A stretch of 64,000 nt of DNA. Source: Bdellovibrionales bacterium (GTDB lineage: Bacteria > Bdellovibrionota > Bdellovibrionia > Bdellovibrionales > JAUICD01). Made by a program: the position numbers and the translations under genes. Of this stretch, positions 39,542 through 49,567 are shown piece by piece. The stretch spans positions 1,376,001 to 1,440,000 of the forward strand of contig OZ253553.1 in assembly GCA_965262715.1 (NCBI GenBank), given 5' to 3'. Numbering within the stretch: position 1 is the first letter of the stretch; every line of letters starts with the position of its first letter. Below the pieces are notes generated by a model, which was not told where the DNA came from, made no database searches, and saw nothing but the letters and a program-made list of their open reading frames with translations.

Positions 39542-40618
39542 ATGTTATTTCACTTTTTACGCCAACTTGCAGATGAAGTCTCAGTGCTAAATGTCTTTCA
39601 ATATATTACTTTTAGAACATTCCTTGCTTTCTTAACTTCATTTCTTGTTTGCTGGTTCTTTGGCCCTCACTTTATCAAGCAACTTGTCCGCCGCCAGTTA
39701 AAACAAGTTATTAGAGAAGATGGCCCACAAAGACACCTCAAGAAAGTAGGAACTCCTACCATGGGGGGATGGCTCATCTTATTTAGTATAATGATCACAT
39801 CTCTATTTTGGGCAGATTGGTCTAACCCTCTTGTTATTGCTCTTCTTTTGATCACTCTCACTTTTGGTCTTATTGGTTATTGGGATGATCATTTAAAAAT
39901 CTCCCACCATTCTTCACAGGGACTTTCTATGCGAATGCGCTTGTTATTAGAGTTTGTTGCCTCAGCTTTAATTATTGGCGGGTTGATACAATGGTTCAGT
40001 TTTTCGACCCAAGTATCTGTCCCTATTTTTAAAAATATTAATTTTGACTTAGGTTGGTTTTACTTGTTATTTTCTTGTTTCGTGATTGTGGGCTGCGCTA
40101 ATGCGGTGAATTTAACAGATGGTTTAGATGGGCTTGCAATTGCTCCTATTATTATAGCAACAGGAACATACCTTATTTTAGCTTATGTGGCAGGACATGC
40201 AAGGATTGCTGAATACTTGCAAGTTCCATTTGTACCAGGCGCTGGAGAGCTAGCTCCACTGGCCGCAATGGTTGTTGCTGCCGGCCTTGGCTTTCTCTGG
40301 TATAACTTTTACCCTGCGCAAATCATTATGGGAGATGTAGGCAGCTTAGGCATGGGTAGCTTTTTAGGTGCTATAGCTGTGCTCACTAAACATGAACTAC
40401 TTTTGGCTGTCATTGGAGGGATATTTACTACAGAGGCACTATCAGTTATTACACAAGTTATATGCTTCAAATTAACAGGGAAACGAGTATTTAAAATGGC
40501 ACCTATTCATCATCATTTTGAATTAAAGGGGATTGATGAAACAAAGATTGTTGTTAGATTTTGGATTATCTCTATTTTATTAGCTGTTTTAGGTTTAAGT
40601 ACGCTCAAATTAAGGTAG
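39542..40618 (+). CDS. mraY: Phospho-N-acetylmuramoyl-pentapeptide transferase
   Basis: [38 protein letters not shown]. Confidence 0.98.
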   Translation: MLFHFLRQLADEVSVLNVFQYITFRTFLAFLTSFLVCWFFGPHFIKQLVRRQLKQVIREDGPQRHLKKVGTPTMGGWLILFSIMITSLFWADWSNPLVIALLLITLTFGLIGYWDDHLKISHHSSQGLSMRMRLLLEFVASALIIGGLIQWFSFSTQVSVPIFKNINFDLGWFYLLFSCFVIVGCANAVNLTDGLDGLAIAPIIIATGTYLILAYVAGHARIAEYLQVPFVPGAGELAPLAAMVVAAGLGFLWYNFYPAQIIMGDVGSLGMGSFLGAIAVLTKHELLLAVIGGIFTTEALSVITQVICFKLTGKRVFKMAPIHHHFELKGIDETKIVVRFWIISILLAVLGLSTLKLR

Positions 40619-40668
40619 CTTATTTCAAAGGTATAGATTATTAAAAGATGAGGAGGCTTTGAGTCTTT

Positions 40669-42054
40669 ATGAAAATGCAAAAAAAGAGTTTAAAAAATCG
40701 AAAAATTATGGTTGTGGGTCTTGCTAAAACAGGAGTTGCGCTAGCAAAGTTTCTCTGTGAAGTTGAGGCAGAAGTCTCTGTAAGCGACCACAAATCTGTG
40801 GCAGAACTATCTGAAGCATTAGAAGAAATTGAAGACTTAAATATTCATTATGACTTAGGAGGACATACTCCAAAAGCCATGCTTGCTCAAGAAATGATTA
40901 TTTTAAGTCCGGGGGTTTCTCCAGGTCTGCAGATATTTCATTACGCAAGGCAGCACGGAGTGCAAATCACATCAGATATTGAATTTGCCTCACAGATGAT
41001 TGACGAACCTATCATTGCCATTACAGGAACAAATGGTAAGACCACAGTTGCTGAAATGACCAATGCCTTCTTAACCAAATCTGGTGTAAAGACATGGATA
41101 GGCGGCAATTATGGCAAGCCTTTGATTGAATATGTAAGAAGTGGAGAAAAAGCTGATGTTTTAATTTGTGAAGTCTCAAGCTTTCAATTAGAGCTTGTAA
41201 AAACTTTCACTCCTCAAACTATTGTATTCACAAATATTGCTCCTAACCATTTTGATAGATACAAAAGCTTGGATGGGTACATTAAAGCCAAAAAGCGGAT
41301 TTTTTTAAACACAAATGCCAAAACAAAAAGTATTTTAAATGCTGATGATAAGCAGGTGGTCAATATTGCAAATGACCCAGTTGTTCAGGAAGGTCATATT
41401 TTGTACTTTTCAAGAAAATCAAGTCTTGAATCACAAGTGATGAATATTGGAGGTGGTGTTCATATAGGCAATGAGATCCGTATCCGTGTTAGACCTGACA
41501 TTGAAGTTTATTCAAGCGCGAAGATAAAAATATTAGGCGACCACTCTATTGAAAATATAATAGCTGCTATTTGCGCCGCTAGAGATTATGGAGCTCAACC
41601 TGTCATTATCCAACAAGTTATAGACTCCTTTAAACCATTGCCCCACAGGTTGGAATATGTAAGAAAAGCTGGAGGTGTTCGCTTCTATAATGATTCTAAA
41701 TCTACAAATGTCCATGCTATTACAAGAGCTCTTACAGCTTTTGATGAAAATGTGATCTTAATTTGTGGAGGAAAGGATGCAAATCTCAGCTTTGACAGCC
41801 TTGCTAATATTATCAAAGAAAAAGTAAAAATATTAATTCTTTTTGGAGAATCTAAAGAGAAAATCAATAGATCCATTGGAAATTGCAGTGATACTTTTTT
41901 AATTGGAACATTTGAGGAGGCTGTCTTGATGGCTTATCAAAAGTCCAAAATTAATGATGTTGTTCTGTTATCTCCTGGGTGTCCTAGCTTCGATCTTTTT
42001 GATAGCTACATAGAAAGAGGAAATTATTTTAAAAGAATCGTAAACTCTTTATAA
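40669..42054 (+). CDS. murD: UDP-N-acetylmuramoyl-L-alanine--D-glutamate ligase
   Basis: ITGTNGKTT, EVSSFQL, HRLE, FYNDSKSTN, LLSPGCPSFD. Confidence 0.97.
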   Translation: MKMQKKSLKNRKIMVVGLAKTGVALAKFLCEVEAEVSVSDHKSVAELSEALEEIEDLNIHYDLGGHTPKAMLAQEMIILSPGVSPGLQIFHYARQHGVQITSDIEFASQMIDEPIIAITGTNGKTTVAEMTNAFLTKSGVKTWIGGNYGKPLIEYVRSGEKADVLICEVSSFQLELVKTFTPQTIVFTNIAPNHFDRYKSLDGYIKAKKRIFLNTNAKTKSILNADDKQVVNIANDPVVQEGHILYFSRKSSLESQVMNIGGGVHIGNEIRIRVRPDIEVYSSAKIKILGDHSIENIIAAICAARDYGAQPVIIQQVIDSFKPLPHRLEYVRKAGGVRFYNDSKSTNVHAITRALTAFDENVILICGGKDANLSFDSLANIIKEKVKILILFGESKEKINRSIGNCSDTFLIGTFEEAVLMAYQKSKINDVVLLSPGCPSFDLFDSYIERGNYFKRIVNSL

Positions 42055-42321
42055 ACAAGCTCTACTTAAGGCCAAGTTACCTTAAACCAATAAGAAGTTA
42101 TGCTATCCCTTTATCTAAAGCCAAAATAGACGAACTACCTTAAATGAACTATCTCAAATTAATGCGTCGTGTTATAAAAATATCAGAAATGCTTGATGAA
42201 ATAAAATAAAAGAAAGCACAATTGAATTATGAGGCAGAAATTTTATGGCCCAGTTTTTTATTATAAAAATTTTATTAAATGATTTTTATCTGTAAAATAA
42301 AAATAAACAGGGTAGGGGACC

Positions 42322-42654
42322 ATGAAATCAACACCAATACAAACTATACCGCAAGAGCGGTTAGATCAAATTGAGTACTTACTGACTCAATCCACAAAAG
42401 GGGTCCATCTTTTATTTGACAGAGACACACTTGTCAACACCCTGCAAGAGCCTATTGAAGCAAGGGACTATTTTAGTTTTGATAACCTCAATAAAGTCCA
42501 AGCCATCCTAACAGAGATGATTCAACAACCTACCATTGCAGAAAAAAGACATTACTTGTCTACGTTAGAAGATGATGCCTATGAGCTATTTGTTAGAACT
42601 TACTTTAATATAGTTGAAAACACAGTCCTTACATCCACCCAAGATCACCACTAA
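42322..42654 (+). CDS. Hypothetical protein
   Basis: 110-aa ORF with AGGGG upstream; no family recognised. Confidence 0.7.
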   Translation: MKSTPIQTIPQERLDQIEYLLTQSTKGVHLLFDRDTLVNTLQEPIEARDYFSFDNLNKVQAILTEMIQQPTIAEKRHYLSTLEDDAYELFVRTYFNIVENTVLTSTQDHH

Positions 42655-42674
42655 GAGCTACCTACTTAGCCTTT

Positions 42675-43031
42675 CTATGACTCTTTCTTTTCAGTTTTAT
42701 CTGTGTCAGTTGCACTCTTAACTGTACCACCTCCTGTTTCACACTCTTTTTGACCTATTAATTTCCAGCCTTGTCCTTTACAAGCATTTTTACCTGAACA
42801 AGAGTGTTTAGCTGTATGACAATCAGATTTTCCCTTACAAGTGTTGATGCCATAACAATGAACCTTCTCAGCGGTTTTAGCTTTGGGACTGGCCTTGGAT
42901 TTACCACTAGTATCTGTTGCATCTAGTGCTTGAGCACTTCCTATCACTCCAGAGCAAAATAAACCAGCTACAATAGCCTTTAAGTAATTTGTTTTTACTC
43001 GTTGTTTAACCTTTACCTTTTGATATTTCAT
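42675..43031 (-). CDS. Six-cysteine periplasmic peptide resembling BufA2-type bufferin precursors
   Basis: Signal peptide ending SAQA, core VHCYGINTCKGKSDCHTAKHSCSGKNACKGQGW...ECETGGG; AGGAGG upstream. Confidence 0.8.
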   Translation of the reverse strand: MKYQKVKVKQRVKTNYLKAIVAGLFCSGVIGSAQALDATDTSGKSKASPKAKTAEKVHCYGINTCKGKSDCHTAKHSCSGKNACKGQGWKLIGQKECETGGGTVKSATDTDKTEKKES

Positions 43032-43052
43032 TTATTTCCTCCTATTTTTTGT

Positions 43053-43652
43053 CTACATCCCATATAGAAATTCTTCATAATCCACCTGAGCAGATCTAAC
43101 TTTTAAAAGAGCTTCTCCATATTCTCTTAAAACAAGCAGACAAAAGTCAATACGCTTTCTAATAAAAATATCTGCTTTAGAACAAGGCGTTATATCATTT
43201 AAAACATCTTCAGCATCTCTTACAATAACATGCTCTGGAATGTAGCATAGCTTTGTATTTTTATACCCACTACTTCTAAGTTCTATCACAGGGTACGCTC
43301 CTCCATGCCCTGCTGAAACAGTCACAATTAAAGCAGGTTTATGAAAGAGTGCTGGGTTGGAAAAGTACAAAAAAAAGTTTTTAATACCAGGAGTAGCCAT
43401 TCCATTCCACTCAGGCGTCAATACGATAAAAGCTTCAGAGCTTTTTACTTCTTGTAAAAGGGAGGGATAGCTTATATTTCCAGCAGAGTATGTCTCAAAA
43501 TCTGGAGTCCAAAGTGGAAGAGGATTTTTTGCTAAATCAAGGACAAAGATTTGATCAAACCCTTTTTTCTTTGCTCTTTCAGATAAAAAATGAGTGACTT
43601 TTATAGATTGAGAATTTTCATTGTGACTACCACAAACTAGAAAAAGTTTCAT
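43053..43652 (-). CDS. NADPH-dependent FMN reductase (flavodoxin-like)
   Basis: LVCGSHNENSQS, LTPEWNGMATPGIKNF, HKPALIVTVSAGHGG. Confidence 0.9.
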   Translation of the reverse strand: MKLFLVCGSHNENSQSIKVTHFLSERAKKKGFDQIFVLDLAKNPLPLWTPDFETYSAGNISYPSLLQEVKSSEAFIVLTPEWNGMATPGIKNFFLYFSNPALFHKPALIVTVSAGHGGAYPVIELRSSGYKNTKLCYIPEHVIVRDAEDVLNDITPCSKADIFIRKRIDFCLLVLREYGEALLKVRSAQVDYEEFLYGM

Positions 43653-43697
43653 AACCCCTCATTCCCACAACACCTAAGCGTTTTCCTAAATAATTTA

Positions 43698-44103
43698 GAA
43701 CTCACTTCAAAATTAATTCTAATGTTCACGTTTTCAAAACAACCTGTTTCACTAAAATGCATCTGGCCTCTTGAGGCAAGCCTCTCGAGGCGATCCTCTG
43801 GCCACCTTCTGGCGATAACCCTGATGGCTCCATCAGAAAACGGTTATCGCCTAGAAAGAAAAATGCATTTTAGTAAGCAGAATCTCCTCGTTTTTTCATA
43901 ATATGTTAGGGAAGTCGTACTGTTTTCCCTAAAAATCCACTCATTTTTAGTAGACAAGATATCCCTCATTTCTTAACACAATGTTAAGGAAATCGTTTTA
44001 TTCATTTAAGTAACATATAACATAAGTTATGTTATGTTATGTTTTGTATTTTGCAATTTCATATTATTTACTACTATCATGTATGTATTTTTGAGATGGC
44101 TTC
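43698..44103 (-). mobile_element. Family B repeat, complete copy with a divergent cassette
   Basis: TA|GAACTCACTTCAAAA...TTTTGAGATGGCTTC|TA; stem 43751-43762/43863-43874; inner stem GGCGATAACC/GGTTATCGCC. Confidence 0.85.
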
Positions 44104-44406
44104 TAATATAAACTTACCATTTTACAATGTAAAGGAATATATAATTTGCCCCTAACATCTACTAAAGATCTTTAAACTTACGGCTTAATAACAGGTTATC
44201 CTTTTCCTTGTATTTTATTGACCGTACTTCCAAAATATAGGATAAGTTAGAAGTATCTTTACTTTTTGCTAAGAAAACTAGTTTCATTTTTGCAGATTGT
44301 GAAACTTGAAGCCTCATGGGATAAAAAAGCTTATATCTTAAGCATAAACAATTAGATTAAAATTATTTTAACTTGCGAATTTGTTAAAAATTTAAGGAAG
44401 TACAAT

Positions 44407-45552
44407 ATGAATCAAGTACAATCAGACAATAATTTGCACCTTCCTCACTTACAAATCAAAGCATTTCGAGGAATTAAAAATCTTTCTCTTCCAAGATTAG
44501 GACGTGTTACTTTATTTACTGGCAAAAATGCTGTTGGTAAAACTTCTGTACTTGAATCTGTGGCCATATTTGCAGCACGAGGTCATTCCTCTACACTATC
44601 TAAATTACAGAAAAATCGTGAAGAGCTAATAAATGTAAAAGATGAAGATGAATATGATGTGTTGATGCCTAATATAGAAGCTTTGTTCTATGGACGAAAT
44701 GCTTCAGAAAATGAGCCTATTGTGATTGGTTCACTAGATCAAGTAAATCAACTTATAATTAAAAAAGTTTCTTTTGATAGTCTCAATGAAGAACAGAAGA
44801 AGTCTGTAGAAAGACTTACAAAGTCACATCAGAATGATGATTTGTTACAATTACAACTGTTCAAAGTAAGGTTTAAAAATGAAGAGATTGTACTTCCTTG
44901 GACAAATTTGCAACCAGACAACAAAGATTTTCGAGTTCCACTAAGGCTGTGGAATCGCTATGAACAACAAGTCATCTCTTCAAGAATACATTGTGAAACT
45001 TTAGGAACAGGTTTACTTGACAACATGCAAATAGGAGACCTTTGGGATAAAATTGTATTGACTGATAAAGAAAGTCAAACTATTGAAGCTCTAAAATTGA
45101 TCTTTGGAGATAAATTCGATCGTGTAGCAGTCACTGGAGAAAACAGGCGTTACCGCCGTCGTGTGATTGTCAAACTCAAAGATCATTCTCACCCTGTTCC
45201 TTTAAAAAGTCTTGGAGATGGGGCTGTTCGCCTTTTTAGTATTGCCTTGGCATTGGCAAATAGCCATGGAGGCATTTTAACAATTGATGAGGCTGAAAAT
45301 GGTATTCATTATTCTATACAAAAGAACTTCTGGCACATGATACTGCAAACAGCATATAAAAATAATATACAGGTTTTAGCAACAACCCATAGCTGGGATT
45401 GCACAAGAGGCTTTGAACAAGCTGCAATAGAAGATAATAATAGTGAAGGTCTTCTCATTCGCCTTGATCGCCATGGTGAAGAAGTCAGAGCAGTTCCTTA
45501 TTCTGAGAAAGGATTAAAAGTAGCTATTGAGCAAGGTATTGAGGTGAGGTGA
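44407..45552 (+). CDS. ABC-type ATPase (AAA_15/AAA_21-like)
   Basis: IKAFRGI, Walker A GKNAVGKT, signature SLGDG, Walker B IDEAENGIH, H-loop TTHS. Confidence 0.9.
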   Translation: MNQVQSDNNLHLPHLQIKAFRGIKNLSLPRLGRVTLFTGKNAVGKTSVLESVAIFAARGHSSTLSKLQKNREELINVKDEDEYDVLMPNIEALFYGRNASENEPIVIGSLDQVNQLIIKKVSFDSLNEEQKKSVERLTKSHQNDDLLQLQLFKVRFKNEEIVLPWTNLQPDNKDFRVPLRLWNRYEQQVISSRIHCETLGTGLLDNMQIGDLWDKIVLTDKESQTIEALKLIFGDKFDRVAVTGENRRYRRRVIVKLKDHSHPVPLKSLGDGAVRLFSIALALANSHGGILTIDEAENGIHYSIQKNFWHMILQTAYKNNIQVLATTHSWDCTRGFEQAAIEDNNSEGLLIRLDRHGEEVRAVPYSEKGLKVAIEQGIEVR

Positions 45553-46238
45553 TGAGACCACAAAACAGCTCATCACCTCTTTGTCTTTTGGTTGAGGGAC
45601 AAGATGATCGACATGTTATTCAACATCTTTGGAAAAAAGAGCACAAAAAAGAAGACTTGCCATTTTGTATATCAGATAAAGATGGTATAGAGAAGCTCAT
45701 TGACGCCATTCCTGGTGAAATGAAAGCAGACAGTAGAGAAATTCTTGGAATTGTCATAGATGCTAACGGTAATTTAGATGAATGTTGGAAAAAAGTAACT
45801 TCTAAGATCAAAGAAGGCATTAAAGATCTAGGGATAGAGCAAGTTCAATTTCCAGATGGCCCAACACCAACTGGTACAATTATTGACTGTAACCACTATA
45901 AACTAAGATACATTGGTATTTGGTTAATGCCTAATAATAAGGAATGTGGAGAACTTGAAAATTTTATTATAAAAATGCTCCCAGAAGGTGATTTGATTTG
46001 GCCATCTGCCCAAAAGTACATTGAAGATATTCCCGAAAAAGACCGTAAATTCAACAACAGCAAAAGTAAAAAAGGGAAAGCTCAACTTTTTGCATGGCTT
46101 GCAACAAGAAAGAAGCCTGGACGTATGGGCACAGCCATTGGTGTTAGTGATTTAACCTTAGATAATGAATTAAGCAAAGATTTTTTAAAATGGCTATCTG
46201 ATCTATTTAAAAAGAACCTTAAAAAGCATAGCCATTAA
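45549..46238 (+). CDS. DUF3226-like TOPRIM-fold protein
   Basis: LLVEGQDD, GIVIDAN, GIWLMPNN...GELENF, KAQLFAWLA; 4-bp overlap with the ATPase. Confidence 0.8.
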   Translation: MMRPQNSSSPLCLLVEGQDDRHVIQHLWKKEHKKEDLPFCISDKDGIEKLIDAIPGEMKADSREILGIVIDANGNLDECWKKVTSKIKEGIKDLGIEQVQFPDGPTPTGTIIDCNHYKLRYIGIWLMPNNKECGELENFIIKMLPEGDLIWPSAQKYIEDIPEKDRKFNNSKSKKGKAQLFAWLATRKKPGRMGTAIGVSDLTLDNELSKDFLKWLSDLFKKNLKKHSH

Positions 46239-46479
46239 GAACGAGCTTGTAAATTATTGTAAATGCAAAGAAAAAGCAGATGATAAAAAATGCATTTGTG
46301 ACTCAGATATTTCTAAAATATAAGAAATCTAAGAAATTATAAGGAATATATAATATGCTTTTACACCACTAGCATTTTTGTAAAAACACTGTTAAGCTTA
46401 AGAGTTATCTATTAATATACATTTGACTTTATAAATAAAAGTCATATTGTGAGTAAAACCTGAAAGGTGGTGATTTAAA

Positions 46480-46692
46480 TTGACATTTGTCAAAATTAGA
46501 GAAGGTGAAAGTTTCGAGCAAGCATTTCGTCGTTTTAAAAAACAAGTTGAAAAGGCCGGTATCCTCTCTGAAGTTAAAAAAAGAGAGCATTACGAAAAAC
46601 CAAGCATTAAAAACAAGAAAAAACAATTGGCAGCTCGTAAACGCGCATTAAAAAAGGTCAAAAAGTTTTCTGATCATGGGTTTTTATTATGA
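46480..46692 (+). CDS. rpsU: 30S ribosomal protein S21
   Basis: [18 protein letters not shown]...[13 protein letters not shown] start with AGGTGG upstream. Confidence 0.96.
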   Translation: MTFVKIREGESFEQAFRRFKKQVEKAGILSEVKKREHYEKPSIKNKKKQLAARKRALKKVKKFSDHGFLL

Positions 46693-47150
46693 GTTTTAAA
46701 GACCAAATAACAGAAGAGATCAAATCTGCAATGAAGGCAAGAAATGCGCATCGCCTTGAAGTACTACGTTTTTTGTCTGCGCAGATTAAAAACAAAGAGA
46801 TCACATTACGTCCAAAAGAGATAACAGATCAAGACGTCCTTGCTGTTATTTTAAAACAAGCTAAGCAAAGACAGGAAGGGTTAAAGCAGTTCCAAGAGGC
46901 TGGACGAAAAGATTTAGCGGAAAAAGAAGAAAAAGAACTTGCCATTCTTAAAGAATTTCTACCAAAACCTTTAAGTGAAAATGCAGTAAAACAGATTATA
47001 GATGATGTCATATCTTCTTTTAAAGATAAGGAAGATAATGATAAGCGCATCATGGGACTTGTTATAAAGTCTGTTATAGAAAAAACTCAAGGCCGCGCTG
47101 ATTCCAAAACTATTAGTCATTTAGTTAGAAGCCATTTCAACAATACATGA
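46689..47150 (+). CDS. yqeY: GatB/YqeY-domain protein
   Basis: [37 protein letters not shown]; usual position after rpsU. Confidence 0.92.
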   Translation: MSFKDQITEEIKSAMKARNAHRLEVLRFLSAQIKNKEITLRPKEITDQDVLAVILKQAKQRQEGLKQFQEAGRKDLAEKEEKELAILKEFLPKPLSENAVKQIIDDVISSFKDKEDNDKRIMGLVIKSVIEKTQGRADSKTISHLVRSHFNNT

Positions 47151-47383
47151 TAGCATGTAAATAATACGAAAATAAAAGCATTTCCCTTAACATTGCGTAA
47201 AAGTGAGAGACTACCCTACTCAAAATAAACAGATTTTTGAGGTAGCCAGCATTTTCTTGAAGGGGACACATCCCGTAGCGAAAGACCTTCAGGCTAACTG
47301 TCCAAAAATGGCCAGAGGCTTGGCTTGAGAGGCTCGCCTTGAGAGGCTCGCCTCAAGAGGCCAGTTTATTTTGAGTGAAACAG
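47128..47383 (+). mobile_element. Family B repeat, one-ended copy overlapping the yqeY 3' end
   Basis: TA|GAAGCCATTTCAACAATACATGATAGC matches the 6268 terminus; stem 47218-47230/47364-47376; three 14-bp units. Confidence 0.82.
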
Positions 47384-47395
47384 CAAAAGATTTAT

Positions 47396-49387
47396 CTATT
47401 CATTATTTCTTAAGGCATCGATCACTTGCAATTTTTTTGCTTTCATTGCAGGAAAAAGCCCACTGAATATCCCTACCAGTAAGATAGATAAAAAAGATAA
47501 TAGGAAGGCCATAGGATCAAACACCCATTGAAACTTCAAACCGTCCATGAATTGAGCTGCCCCATAAATGGCACTTTGGTAAATGCACACACCTAAAACA
47601 ATTCCTATTAAACCCGCTATACCACATAAGATGATGGATTCTAACAAAAACTGATTGCGAATACTTAGATGGGTAGCGCCTATAGCTTTTCGAATCCCTA
47701 TTTCTTTAAACTTTTCTGAAACTGTAGCTAACATCATATTTGCGATACTTATACCCCCAATCAATAAAGAAACTAATGTAATAAACCCTAATAAAATAGA
47801 AACCCAATTTAAATTTTTCTTTGCTTCTTCTATTAAAAAACCATCAGAGCCAACATAAAAGGTTCCATCGTATTTGTTCTCAAAGAAATTTTGAATAGCC
47901 ATTCCTATCCTTTGAATATCCCTATCCTCTTTAACTTGAATCACAGCTCTCTTGATTTGAGCTTCAGAAACACTACTAAACATCTGAAAAACTGTAAAGG
48001 GAATATAAACCTCTAAATTAGGATTAGATGGAGCATGAGATGCTTTGTTTTTTAAAATGCCAATAACCTTACATGCAAAAGTGTTATAATCTCTTTTTGA
48101 GAGATAAAGCATTTGACCAATCGGTGAAATATTAGAAAATAACCTCTTTCCTATTTCAAAGCCAATTACACAAACAGAATGCCTTCCTTCAACATGATGA
48201 GTATTGATATTAACTCCTGCAAGTAAATGTCTATCTATAATATTTAGACCATCTTTAGATACTCCTATCAAATTCGGTGTATCTTCTATAGACCGACCAG
48301 AAAAGATAACAGTGAGATCTCGATCAATAAGATATGGAGAGATGCGATGTATATTTGGAAATTTTTCTTTTAAGTAAAGTAGCTGTGTCTTCCAATCAAA
48401 AGACTGAAAAGGTACATTGACCTGATTCACAGTTCTTGGCCAATTATAATCTCCCATAAGAGTCAGTGTGTTTATTCCTAAATCATTATAGCTATCCAGT
48501 AGTTTCGATTTTGTAAAATTTCCTAATGTAATCATAGAAAATACACCTGCAACACCAATGACAACTCCTAACATAGTTAATAATGCTCTTATTTTATTCT
48601 GGGAGATACTTTTTAGGGACAGTAAAAAGGTCCTTAGAAACAACTGGCCTACTCCTAAATAATTATTTTTTTTAAGGTTTTTTAAACTTCGCTGAGATGG
48701 CCTATGAACAAGGTTCTTAGCCTTCTTAGATATCAACTGACCATCTTTCAATGTTAAGATTTTTGAAGAAGTTATGTTCTTTTCATGTGTCACCAAAATA
48801 ATGCTTTTTCCTTGCCGATGCCACCTCTGAAATAAGTCTAAAACTCTTTGGGTGGAAACTGAGTCTAGATTACCAGTAGGTTCATCTACTAAAAGAACCT
48901 CTGGATCATTGATAAGAGCCCTTGCAATGGCTACACGCTGACTTTGTCCTCCTGAAAGCTGATGAGGTTTATATGAAAAACAACTTTCTATTCCTAACTG
49001 GTCAGCTATATCCCTAGCATAATCCGTAAAATGGTCCAGTTTTTTATCTTCCATTATATAGAAGGTAGGAAGTAATATATTTTCTAAAACTGTTAATTGA
49101 GGCAATAAATAAAACTGTTGAAAAACAAACCCTATAAATTGATTTCGAAGTATAGATAAATCTAAATCCTTAATTCGGTGGAGAGGAGTTTTATTAACAA
49201 TAATTTGACCTTTTTGAAATCTTAATAATCCTGCAATTAAATACAACAAAGTCGATTTGCCTGAACCTGATATTCCGTCAATTACGATAAAGTCTCCTCT
49301 TTCTACACTCATATCAAAAGACTGAAAAAGAGGCTTTTCTAATTGTTTGTATGTAAAATGTAAATCTTTAATTTCAACAATCTTCAT
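47396..49387 (-). CDS. MacB-family ABC transporter (ATPase-permease fusion)
   Basis: GISGSGKS, LSGGQ, VDEPTGNLD, NKIRALLTMLG, GGISIANMM, EIGIRKAIGA. Confidence 0.93.
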   Translation of the reverse strand: MKIVEIKDLHFTYKQLEKPLFQSFDMSVERGDFIVIDGISGSGKSTLLYLIAGLLRFQKGQIIVNKTPLHRIKDLDLSILRNQFIGFVFQQFYLLPQLTVLENILLPTFYIMEDKKLDHFTDYARDIADQLGIESCFSYKPHQLSGGQSQRVAIARALINDPEVLLVDEPTGNLDSVSTQRVLDLFQRWHRQGKSIILVTHEKNITSSKILTLKDGQLISKKAKNLVHRPSQRSLKNLKKNNYLGVGQLFLRTFLLSLKSISQNKIRALLTMLGVVIGVAGVFSMITLGNFTKSKLLDSYNDLGINTLTLMGDYNWPRTVNQVNVPFQSFDWKTQLLYLKEKFPNIHRISPYLIDRDLTVIFSGRSIEDTPNLIGVSKDGLNIIDRHLLAGVNINTHHVEGRHSVCVIGFEIGKRLFSNISPIGQMLYLSKRDYNTFACKVIGILKNKASHAPSNPNLEVYIPFTVFQMFSSVSEAQIKRAVIQVKEDRDIQRIGMAIQNFFENKYDGTFYVGSDGFLIEEAKKNLNWVSILLGFITLVSLLIGGISIANMMLATVSEKFKEIGIRKAIGATHLSIRNQFLLESIILCGIAGLIGIVLGVCIYQSAIYGAAQFMDGLKFQWVFDPMAFLLSFLSILLVGIFSGLFPAMKAKKLQVIDALRNNE

Positions 49388-49419
49388 TATTAATACGTAC
49401 CTCTATTTTTTTCTGGCAG

Positions 49420-49500
49420 TCTGGGAAGCAGGTAAACCGGCAACCAGTCACCGGTAACAGTTGCCAGTATGCCCGACTGCCGGATTGCCTGTTTCCCGGA
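49420..49500. repeat. Family D GC-rich palindromic repeat, full copy
   Basis: TCTGGGAAGCAGGTAAACCGGCAAC...GACTGCCGGATTGCCTGTTTCCCGGA imperfect inverted arms. Confidence 0.7.
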
Positions 49501-49567
49501 GAAAATATTCTTCAGCTTATTAATACAATAATAACGAAAACCTTTCTCTTATATATCTCCTTATTAT

